Shown here: piece by piece, positions 27,901 to 40,600 of the stretch
Layout: every line of letters starts with the position of its first letter
Position numbering within the stretch: position 1 is the stretch's first letter
Source of the DNA: Eledone cirrhosa
Lineage: Eukaryota
Length of the DNA: 64,000 nucleotides
Assembly: GCA_964016885.1 (NCBI GenBank)
Contig: OZ024740.1
Span: 357,058,001-357,122,000 of the forward strand
Reading direction: 5' to 3'
The notes under the pieces: generated by a model
Told to the model about the DNA's origin: nothing
Database searches by the model: none
What the model saw: only the letters and a program-made list of their open reading frames with translations
Made by a program: the position numbers and the translations under genes

Positions 27901-30900
27901 GAATACATCTCTTCTGAGGAAGGAGCCTCCTGAAGTAGAGTGGTTGCTGCAGCATGTGTCATTGGCTGTTGTTTGTGGGGTGAAACTGAAATATATCACA
28001 TAGACAGGAGTGTAGAATCTGCCTCTTCCTCCCAGCTTCCCATTATTTTCATTATTTAATTTTTTTTTTTCTTTCTTGCTGTTTATTATGTGAAATATTA
28101 ATCTAAATAAAATTTGGATTTATCAGAGATCATGAAAAAAAAAATATTGAATGTCTTGCAAACTTAATTGTTTTTTTTTTTTCTTTTCTTTTCATTTACA
28201 TTCTTATATTACATATACTCTACAGGACATCTTCTCGAATAAAAGCCACCTTCCTACTTTCTCTTCACCTGCAATAGAAGCCAATTTGCATCGTATTCCG
28301 GGAATTTCAGATAAATTTATTTATCTCAATGATGATGTCATGTTTGGCAAAGAAGTTTGGCCTGATGATTTCTATTCTCATTCTACTGGACAAAAGGTAG
28401 GGTAACCAGTATCATTCATTACTAATTTGGTTTCAATTAGAAACAGAAATATCAGACTATTCTTTATAGTCCACCTGAATGCACTACTTGCTTGAATCCT
28501 TTTGTTACCAAATTTTTAATGAAATACACTGTATCTGAATTAGTTATTTTCAAATGTCTAGACTAATAAGTGCATTCACTGATAGTATTCAAGTGTGCTC
28601 TATAAAATGGTGACAATCAACCAGACAATGTACGGTTCAGAGGATCCTTTAATTCTGAAAATATAATGATCTCTCTAGTGCTGATGCTACAGTTAAAAGC
28701 ACTGTCTAAACTCTGAAAAATTGTTGGCATTAGGAAGACATCCAGCCATGGAAACTATGCCAAAAATGGAAAATATGAGCAAAATCTGGTTCTTCAACCT
28801 GTCTACTCTCAATCTAAGTTTGCATTGGTCAAACATGATTTAAATTCATAATTCATATTTCTAACATACAGTTTTAGTCTTGGGTTGTTACAAGCTTTAT
28901 AAAACTTAAGACAAACATCAAACAACCCTGTAAACATTTGTAAACATTTGCTTTTGCACATGAAGGTTATTTAAACAAATTTATTTACAGGTTTATTTAA
29001 CATGGCCTACACCTAATTGTGCAGAAAACTGCCCAGCAATGTGGATTAAAGATGGCTTTTGTGATAAAACCTGCAATAATTCTCGATGTGACTGGGATGG
29101 TGGAGACTGTAAAGGTAATACTAAAATATATTATACAGATATTTACCAACTTGTTTAATACCAAATTTAACTTTTTTTTTTTTTTACTGAGATACACACA
29201 TACTTTTCCCCATTGTATATATATTCTTTTCTAATAATTGTTTTTACTTTTGGCACAAGGCCAGCAATTACCCAGTGCATTACTGGTACTTTATTTTATC
29301 GACCTCGTAAGGATGAAAGGCAAAGTTAACCTCGGCGGGATTTGCCTTTCATCCTTCTTTTCTAATAATGTTTCAATACCAGAGTGGTTAGTTCTCATTA
29401 ATGTGTTAATAAACACATTTGACACCAAGCTGTATTCTCAACTTGTTTGCTGCTCAGCAATTCACATAAATTGAGAGCACATGTTCAACACAATATGCAC
29501 ATTGCTTTGAAGTTGTTGCAGATACACCATGCACGTTTATGCATTACATCCATTCATTCTAGACATTCCATCTCACCCAACCATCCATATCTCTCTCATA
29601 GCCCATTCATCATTCTATTTCCAAACAAATAATGTCATACCTGATGAACATGCAGGAAAAAGGAAAGGAGCTAGGCGTTCTGCCAAACAGCTCCTTATAA
29701 ACTAACTGTTTGGTTAAATTTTACGAATGTATCCACACTTTTAAAAATAGGGAGAATGTTGCTGGAATATTTCATTGAAAACAGCAATTTAGTGTAAACA
29801 CAACAAATCTGATGTTGTTCTGTATGACAAGAAACAAAAGTCTGTTACCCAATGGATATGAACATATATAAGGTTGGGGGAAAAGATGATTTATGGTGAA
29901 ATAATTTGGAACATACAGCTCTGGCATCCTGACTACAGATTTACATTCATACCTATTATTTTAGATGCACTGAGCTATCAAACTTGCATATAAACCTAGA
30001 AATGCTGAAGTCTTCTAAGAAATGACAAAGCAAATGGACTTGCATCCTTCAAATCCAATTGATTACAGTAAAGATTCGCAAAATAGCCCAAATATTCTTC
30101 ATTTGAGTTTCTTGGAATAAACATGTATGCATATAGCATACGCACACACACAAACACTTGTGTGCTAAGAGACATGGCCATTCAGAATATGAATGCAAGT
30201 ACATATAACTACATAAATTCAAAAAGTCACTCACATATCTACAAATTCCTACAATGTTCTTGACTCAATTAAAATGTCTTGTCACTTTAATAGTGACAAG
30301 TTTTAATTTTACAAAGAAGAAATGAAATAAATTACTGAAAAAACTTGCATGCATCCATGTCATCGTCCTCATCATTTAACATCCGCTTTCCCTTGCTTGC
30401 AAGGGAGGCATTGGTCCTTTTCAGCACAGCATCTTTCCATTCGTCATGGTCCTTATGTATGTATGTATGTATGTATGGCAATTTCTTTGACAGAAGGAGT
30501 ATACATACGTTTCATCATCATCGTTTAACGTCCATCTTTCACACTAGCATGACTTAGACGGGAGTTGTCTCACTTGAGGCAAGGTTGGTCGGGTGACTGT
30601 GTCTCGCTCATATAGGACTATCTGGCAGGTTTTCTATGGCTGGATGCCCTTCCTAACACCAACCACATTTACAGTGTGGAACTGGGAATTTGTTACCGTG
30701 TTACCTACACGGCCACATTACAGCTGGGACTGTGTGTTTTTTTGTCGTGACACCTACACGATCTCATTATCTCGTGGTGTTGGTGGGAGTGGGAGGATAG
30801 GGTAGGGGTAGTGGATTGGGGTGTATATTTGGTTAAGAGGTGCCTACTGACTGTAGGTTTTGCTTTGTACATAGGCAAGGCGGGTCTTCCGTATTACTGC

Positions 30901-32732
30901 GTAGCACCGAAGATCTCGGTCCAGTGACATTGTCTTAGAGAGGTGCAAGTGTGTAAGGTCGGAATTTATCAGATCGTCCCAGGTTTTTCTGGGTCTACCT
31001 ACTCCGTAACTACCATCAATTTTGATCGCGCTGCACTTTTTTATGCAGCTGTTGTCTTTCATGCGCATCACGTGAACATACCAACGTAGTCTTCTCTCAA
31101 GTAAACAGCATCTGATCCCTCTTATTCCTAATTTCTCATTTAGTTCATTTATGCTTTGCCGTTCACGTATATTACTATTACACATCCAACGGAGCATGCA
31201 TGCTTCGTTCCTTTTCAGTCTGCGCAGGTCCTCTGCACGTAATGCCCATGTCTCACTGCCATGTAGCATTGCTGTTTGTATACAGGCATCATACAATCTG
31301 CCTTTCATTTTTAGAGAGAAACCTTTTGTGGCCAACAGCGGTATAAGCTCTCTGAACTTTTTCCATCCCGTTCTGACTCTGGCTACTGTACTTTCAGAAC
31401 ACCCTCCACCACTGCCGATTTCATCACCCAGGTAACGGAAAGTGTCTACTATTTCTATAGAACCATCTGGGCAATAGAAGGAGCTAGTATCCTATGGACA
31501 CTTGCTACTTATTGCACTTGAGCATTGGCCACATATAAAGTCTACGTTCTTAGATAGTTTACTTGTGATCCCACTACATCTTTTATGTACCCATACTTTG
31601 CATTTGGGACACAACGTTTGTGTGTATATATAATATATATATAGTTTAAGATGGTAGTATGGACGAAACAAGAGAAGAAAAAAATCCTTCATCAGCTGTA
31701 AAACCGAGATCAAGAAGTTTTGGTTTTTAATATCCTTTTGTTTTCTTTATTAGGTCAACAGAACCAACCATCATATGGCAACATGGCAAACCTGTGGCCT
31801 GGAGCCATGAACCTTCATGACAGTTTAATAGACAGTAAGTTGATAAATTTATCATATCTATTTGTCATCGCTTTTTTCATATTCATTTTTCTTAGATTTT
31901 CAATCTCTGGGGCGAACTAGGCTAAAAGCTTATTTGTGAAGGATGACCAAATTGAAAATAGAGAGAGTTTTTACATGCTAATCAGTAAAGCATTAGACTA
32001 AATGCCTAACTATTTAGTTTTTTTCCCTTTATATTCTAAGCTCAAATCCCTCTAGGAGTTGACCTTGACATGAATAGCTCCAGGGTCAATGAAGTAAATA
32101 TCAGTCATATGCTAGAGCTGACTCACCTATCTTCTACTTTTTAAGTTTGTTTCTACTCATATAAAAGAATCTTTATTCACACTGTTGTTACCATTATAAT
32201 TTAATCTATAATGAACAACATGAGTTTCTGTTAAAAATCATCTTGACAGATGCCATAACCAAGGCATTCAGGTCATCTTATAGACAACAGAAAGCAATAT
32301 AGGCAATTTAAGAATGAAAGAGGCCATTAGCATCAACCAGGAAAAATAGATAAATAATAGATTGGAAATATATGAAGCAGACTAGTTACAATAGTGGCTT
32401 CATGCATGTGTGTTTCAGACATGTAGGCCAGCTAAGGAAGAACACATCAGTCATTTGTTTTGTTTTGAACTGTTTCAACTCCACATTTGAAAAGAGGGTG
32501 ATAGCCCTGAAATATCATGTTGAAATATACTGGGTAAAAATATTACTCTGTTTTGTTTTATTTGTCATCATTTGCCCTTTATATTTTTCTAATGCATTGT
32601 ACTGGCTTTTTGAAATTTATCAGTCTTATATTTTATATATATATATCTATGTATAAAACAAATTAAGATGACAGAAATAAGTTCTTACATAGTTTATATT
32701 TGATACAACCTTATTGCTACTTCTTACTTGTG

Positions 32733-32767
<35 letters not shown>

Positions 32768-34573
32768 TGTGTGTGATTATACAAGTTTTTTATATTTTCT
32801 GTTTCAGTGTACTGTAACACTGGATGTGCTAATAGTTGGTTAGCTGATCGTTACTGTGACCAAGTGAGAAGTTTACCTTGAAATCTTATTTATTTTTATT
32901 TATCTTCAGAATCTTTAAAAACATAAATGTAACAAAAAAGTTAGCAACATCTTAAATGTTTCCTACAGCAAAATCACTGGAACATAGTTAAGCTTCTATC
33001 TGCATTCTTCAGTATCATTTTCTTCCTGTGTGTATATATACTTTAACAATTTTTGTTTGTAAAATTGTTATATATAACAAACATTTAAAGAATTATCATC
33101 TATTGTGAACTTCTAATTTTTGTTGGCATTATCTCTCAACCATGAAGGTTTCCTTCTTTAATTTTTTCCAGCTGAGCTGCCCCTAGGGTGGTAACTGATA
33201 GAGAATGAGCTGTCTGAAGGTCCTTAAAGGCTATCTGTAAATCATCTCTATCACCGATAATTTGTCACAGGATCAAGATAACTCCTCTTGATCATGTATC
33301 ATGTTGGTAACCCTGAGATCTGTTCTCACTACTTAGATTATCCATACTTACGTAAAACAAAATATTTATTTTTGTATTAAATAAGATTCTATCTCTGAAA
33401 AAAAATAAGCTTTGGTGCTTGAAAGCACCAATTTCTCCATTGGTGTATTGTATCCTTAGTAAAATACTTAACCGTTAAGAGATCATTTCCACTTTGCTGT
33501 AAAATGAAATTAGACAACAATTAATTTGCTAACCCTCATTTCACAAAACTCCATGCATTGATTAAGTAAATTCTTGAATCACTACTATTTTTATTTATTT
33601 TAGAGCTGTAATGTATTCTCCTGTGGCTTCGATATTGGTGATTGTGGTCTTAAAAATTACTATGAACTACACAAAATTGAACTTCTACCTTCTCAGACAG
33701 TTTACCATGTTCCTCCAAGTAAGTACAGCAATCTTGGGAAGCTTAATTTAACAGCTACTGAGAAGGTTTTGTTACAGTGTCTACTCTGAGATTAGTTTGA
33801 TTTTAATGTAACTTACTGTATATACTTGAATATAAGTTAACCCCCTATTTTATGTCTGAGAAATGGATAAAAATCCAAACCTGTTTATAAGCTTAGACAG
33901 GTAATCAACTCATTTAGATGGCTTGCTTTTGAAATTCTCATGAGTATAAAATATATTCATGAAGTTTTAATATTTTGTTATTTAAAATGTTTTAAGTGTT
34001 GTTTAGAGTCTAGTTTTTGTTTCAACAACTTCATTATGAATTTTTGTTTACTTCCTGCCAATCACATGCTGGGAATAGTTGAAAGCAAGAGATTGAATAA
34101 GAGAACTTTGTATAGGGAGGGATTTATTGAGTAGAAGAGAGAGGAGGCAACAGCAAGTGAGAGAGAGGAGAGGTAGTGAGAAAAGGAGACGGTTAGAAAA
34201 GAAGGAAGAGAGAATGAGAGCTATAAAACACAAGTCAGAAGTAAAATTTCAATCTTACGTAAGATTAAATAAAAGGTATTATTAAGTCAGAGAAAAACAT
34301 TCAGTGCATGTGTGTATGCACTTGTGCATGTATATGTATGTGATATTTATCTATTAAAAAGTTAAAATTACAAAAATTTGTTGGAAATATTTTAAAGAGA
34401 ATGCATAAATATCACTAATGATAATGATGTAAATATAGAAAAATGATGTTTCATTGTAAAATAATCTCTCCAGATATCTTTGCACCTTATTTACGTAGAA
34501 TTTGAAGTTTGAAGTTGGTGAAAATTGGCAAAATATTGACCTCGAATATAAGCCAACCCACCATTTTAACATC

Positions 34574-34615
<42 letters not shown>

Positions 34616-37600
34616 CCACATATTTCTTGGCTTATTTGAATTTTTGTTATTTGCTTCTTTCCCAACTCAACATTTTCTAAACTCAGTTTCTTTTATTTTA
34701 TTAAAATATTTTTTTTAAATTTGAGAAACGAAAATACTGGAGATGAAACCTTTACATGTATAAACATTTTCTCTTGTAATAAACCAGCTCAGCTCTTCAC
34801 TTCATTAGAATTTTAAATATTTCTCAAGCCTAGAGGCTCCTCAGGTCAAATCTTATCCTGGTTTCATATAGCATTAAGTGATTATGTAGTTCAGTTGATT
34901 GAACAAATAAAATACACATCTTAACACCATGTTAGGATGAGGTCTTCATGGACATTTTTTTCAGTTCATGCTTGCTTATGTTAATAGAAGCCTTCTTATT
35001 TTAAATGTCTTAAATAAAGATTTATTTTGACTAGGCAGAGATCTTTTTGATACTAACCTGGCCAAAACCGGCTCTCGTCATCATCATCACTGTATAATAT
35101 CCATTTTTGTATGCTAGCATGGGTTAGACAACTAACTCTAGTTCTATGAACCAAAGTCATCCATTCTAAAGGGTACCTATTTAGATTAAAATCTCCCAAC
35201 ATCATGTTATATAAGAACTATATATTAAGTTACTATCTTAGTAATGATATAATTAATAATTTTAGTAAACCCTTCAAAATTCTTCATAACTGAATTGAAA
35301 TAGAATGTATTTCATTAGAAATACAATAATGAAAGGATTAAAGAAGTAACGTCAGTTGAATTGAACCATTATATAATTATCTAAGTTATCAGCACTGGGT
35401 GAAGATAAAAGATAAAGTTGATACAGTGGGATTTGAGTTCAGATTTTCCTAGGATAAACTTAAATATTACAAATCATTTCTTTCAATGTTCTGCCAGCAT
35501 TACATCTTTTTATCTTAATACAATACCCCAACTTATTCTGACATTCTATTTCTAGGTAAAAACATTGTGTATTTTAACCTCTCAAATGCCATGAGCCTGT
35601 TGGGGGAAGTAAAGTCAGCACAGATGGACAATGAAGAACTGGTGAGGAAAGCAGCCATTTCCCTGCATTTCAAAGTGATGACTGTACTTGTGTATTCAAA
35701 TCGTTCAGAAACAACCATTACTTGCAATATGACATTCCACAGTAAAGCCCTTAATGCTACTAATAAGGCAAGTATTATTCATAATTGATTTTTTAAAAGA
35801 TTAAACTTATTATTATCATCATTGTCATCATCATTATTAATTGGGTAGTAAAGTTGCTATGCTATGTTAAATCTGTTATGAAGATCATTTAAACTAAACA
35901 TTCCATATACCAGTTGTATCTTTATGTAGAATAAGTGTTCTGGATTTAATAAGTCAACTTTGCTTTTCATTATTCTAGCATAGAAAATGTACTGATAAAT
36001 ATTGGGGTTTATAGAATCAACTGTGACTTCCCCATAAATCCTGAGTTCACGCTTTACTTTTCATCTTCCGGAGTACAAGGCTCAATAAGAATAAAATACC
36101 ATTCAAGTACTAGATCGATATAATCAAGTATTCCTTCCTAAAATTTGTATCCTCATACCTATGTTAGAAATAGTTATTATGAGGGTTGAGAGTGGCAAAA
36201 TCTATAGTGCATCAATCAACTTGCTCTAGTATTTTATGCCCAAAACCTGCAACAGCTGACTTTGCCTTTGATTCATTTTTTCTTTTTGGTGGAGTGATCA
36301 AGAACCAAGGTTGGTTTAAATACCTGTTATCAACCCCAAATTTCTGATTTTTGCTGCTCATTTTTTTTTTTGTCGTGTTTTTAAATTACATTCAATATCA
36401 TATGTTTCGTGTTAGTGTTAATGTCTTTTCATATCTTTAAATTTCCACAGATTTCCTTTCACTTAATTGTTAATACAAACAAGAATAGTGCATTTAAAGC
36501 TACATTAGAAAAACCAAAACCAATCATACAACTCCCTAAAATTTCTATTAATGAAACAGAATCTATAATTATTAAGTTGAATCAAATACCTGAGTCTTTA
36601 TTGTAAGTATACAATGTTTTTGTCAGTTTGTTTTCAATATCATGGTTTTATGTTGTGTTTGTCTGGTTTAGAATAGGTGCACCATATCCTTGCATGTAAA
36701 ACTAAAAGGATTACCATGAGGAAGGGCATGCAACTATAAAATGAGGAAGGGCATGCAACCTCAAAAAGGACACCATGCTAAGCCTGAAGTTTGTCATGGG
36801 ACTAAAATATTTTAACAGGAGAAAATGGCCTTAAAATACTTGTTGTTCTGTTAACTCATTGGAGTAAGGCCAGCTCTACAAAAGTATCATTGTGTTGGAT
36901 AAAGTAATGTTATTTATTTCAGTTATAGTCCAACTGGTGCAGATATAAAATGGTGATGATGATAGTATAGGTATTGTCTTACAAGCATTATGCTGCTAAT
37001 TCTAAATGAATCTAATTTTTTACACAGAACATACCAAAGATCAAAATATCACCCAAAATATTATTTTTACAGACATACACAATCATAATCATCATTATTC
37101 ATTTTACATCTATTTTTCATGCTGGCATGGGCTGTACATCACAATCTAAGATAAGGAGAGGGAGGGCTAAGGAACCACATCTTGCTCATATGTTTCATAT
37201 TTGGGGTTTGTATATATATATATCATCATCATCGTTTTTACGTCCGCTTTTCCATGCTTGCATGGGTTGGACGGGTCCTTCTCAGTGCGGCATCTCTCCA
37301 CTTGTTGCGTTCCTTCGTCATCTCCTCTGTCTGTTTTAGCGATTTGAGGTCCGCTCGCACAACCTCTGCCCAGGTCTTTCTTGGTCATCCTACTATAGCG
37401 GCTTCCTTCCACTGGAATTTCCTGGCATTTCTTCACCCATCGGTCACTGTCCATGTGCATCACACACATATATATATAATCTATTCTATATAAATTATTT
37501 TGATTTATTAAATTAATACATGAAGTTTATAAATGAATGTATTAATCTTCAGACAACCTAACCCCAAGAAATCATCAGTAGTTCTGCTTGAGGATAAACC

Positions 37601-40600
37601 AAACATTACTTATGAGTCTCTACCCAAAGATGTTCAAGAAAAACTAGATTTCCTGAAACGGCGCTTAGAAGAAGGTGAGAAATGTATACATTGTCTTGTG
37701 TGAGTATGTGCATGTTTCATTTATAGACATTGTGTTAACTTTTATGATCTTTAAATGTTTAAATCCATTTCACAATTAGCACTGAAAAACTGTCTTGCTC
37801 AAAACATACTATTTCTCTTCCCAACATTACTACAAACATCACTAACCACATTTGCTAACATAAGAGAACAATAGTTTGCTGAAAATCTAATTATCTTTTC
37901 TCACTTTAAATTTTTGATATCTTGTAATGGTTTAGCAGAAAATATTTACGTGTGGGTTTGTTGATTCAAATATTTATAGTAAGTAACTTTGTGAAAATTT
38001 GCAGATGTAGTTGTACTGCTTTTTTGTACTTTCCAAGAATGTCTTGCTAATGCAGTTTCATGTGGCACATGATATTAAGAGTTAATTGATTTACCATTAA
38101 AGCAAATTGTAAGAAATATTCTTAATGACTTTGTTCACTCTTTTATTTGGAGTACAAATCCTTTGATCTACAATTGGTCAGTCCTTATTTCCTTTCAATC
38201 ATTTCCAAAATTTCTAAAAAATATTTGTGTTATATTTTCGTAGGTGAACTTACAGAAAAGGGATACAAAATTCAAAAATACTCACTATGGAAGCTATGGC
38301 AAAACAAAAATCTGTCACAGTCAAACGTACATACTGAAAAAATCTCCAAACCATATTTAAACACAAAAAAAATGGTTCTTGATGCTATACACAATCGCTT
38401 TTGGAAATCTTCACCAAGCCCACTGACTAAAACATCCAGATTAAGTGAAGTGCAGAGAGTGTACAAATCAAGGAATCTGATGTCTGCATTTAATTTGCCT
38501 TTCAAATCTGGTGTTTTTCCATGGGAGAAGTCTGGGCCACTTGTGGAGTTGCAAGCTGTAAGTATATATATCTATCATTTCCTTCTTTTTGTTTATTAAC
38601 TTTTAACATCCTGTTATGATTTAGCAGAAAATAGGTTTGTTAATTCAAATGGTTATAGTATCTTTATTGGTGGACCGATCATTGTGAACATATGCAGCTT
38701 TAGACTTAAATAAACACTTAAATATATTAAATGATACAGTCATAAAGCTGTTTGTACTTTTCAAGAATGTCTTGCTAATGCAGTTTGGTGCATCAAAAGG
38801 ACATTGAGACTTAACTGATATATATCATTTATAAAACTCGTGTAAATCTATCTGAATCAAAACTAGGCAGCACTCCTTGCATTCAGAGAAATAAATTACA
38901 TACTTGGAGTTCAATTGCTAATCTCCTTCACAGTAGGCCACTTGTGCCTCCACACACATAGCTCAGTAATTTTGCCACTCTTTAAAGCATGTTTGGAATG
39001 CTTCTTCCAAAATGGCTCTCTGCTCCACTGTTGCATTCTGCATGATGTTCTCTGGAACAAATGAGCCAAGCCATTGTTATGATGTAGCTATTGGTTTGGT
39101 AAGGGGCCTCAGGACTGATTTCTTGCAGTGAACTGAATCATTAAGATGTCTGAGGACTTCCTGATAGTACTACTCCTTTGTGACTGTTCATCCTTCTGGT
39201 GCATATTTCTGATACACAACACCTTGGTTGTCAAAAAAAAAAATCACCTTCATTTTGCTCCACATCTGACATGTTTTGGGGGACTTGGCAACATTGGATG
39301 TTTCTACTGTGATGACTGATCTTTGTTTTCTGAGTCATACCCATACACCTACATCTCACCTCCAGTTATTACAGTATTCAAGAACTCAAGATTCCCATTA
39401 ACAGTATCAGAGGAAATGAAAATGTGATGGCTGCCTGATGGTGACTGACACATCCAGTGAATTCACCCAAAACCATATGTGTATGAATGTATTCAGCTCC
39501 ACTGCACACATTTATTTCTCATACATCATTACTCATGAGAAAAAAATGAAGTCAAATACTTTTTCAATAGATGTCATGCATAACATATAACATGGTTTCT
39601 ATTTAATGAATACCCATACCAGGTAATATTTTGAGCATCTTTCTGATGTTATATCACCACCAAGATAAGTTAAACGTTTATTCGGGCCTGTATTAAGTTT
39701 AATGCTGCTCTTCCCAACATTGTTTTCACTCACCCTATAAGCCAATGAAAGAGTCTATGTGTTTGGATAATCTGCTAGAAATAACAGCCAAAACTCTTTC
39801 AAAGCATATTCTGCTATCTTCAATAGGATACATTGGATAATGTAATTGGAGGTACACTATGCTTGCAAAAAAAAGAAGGTATCATTATAGCTGGAATGCC
39901 ATTGATCATAGGTCTGTTTGATCAGAGCCAACTAAGATACAAATAATAGGAAAAATATTTTTCTTACCTGTTTTACTCTGGTTCCTGTTATCAACACCAG
40001 CTCCTGCTGGGCTTAAATCCTGCATTAGTCACTCATTACAATCATGTTAACTATCAATGTCTTTCTTGTGTGCAGTTTCTAATATTTCAAATATGAAGCT
40101 GCTTTTCCAGTACATATACAATCAAACTATCATACAAATTCACACCTTTCACTCAACATATCTGAAAAATCATATATTCAGCTCATTTCTCTCATAATTC
40201 TGCCATTATATATTCTATCTTTCTATGAAGCAATACACACAATAAAACATTATTCTTATACCAAATTCGTTTGTTTTCCTGCATGAGTTCTTACTTGGAG
40301 CTAGTGAATAAAACTGTATTCCTCCAGGACAGTATGTTCTGTTTTGGAATTGTACATAGAGCTAACAATGTTTAACCTTTCCTTTCAATCAGGATTTTTT
40401 CTCCTTGTGAGAAACTTGAAGAAAGCTGATAATATAATTAGCTATACTCTAAATCTTAAGAAAATTCAAGTCGGCCCAAATGCGAAGTCTCATCAAGCTT
40501 TAAGCAACTGAGAGTATAAGAATCCCCACTGAACCAGTCCATTCCAAGGTTAACCTCCAACTACTGCTAGTACTCATTTTCAGCTGATTTGACTGGAGCA

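Noticed and set aside
29637-29670. CTGATGA...GAAA motif
   Set aside because: No stem III, UH triplet or stem I pairing.
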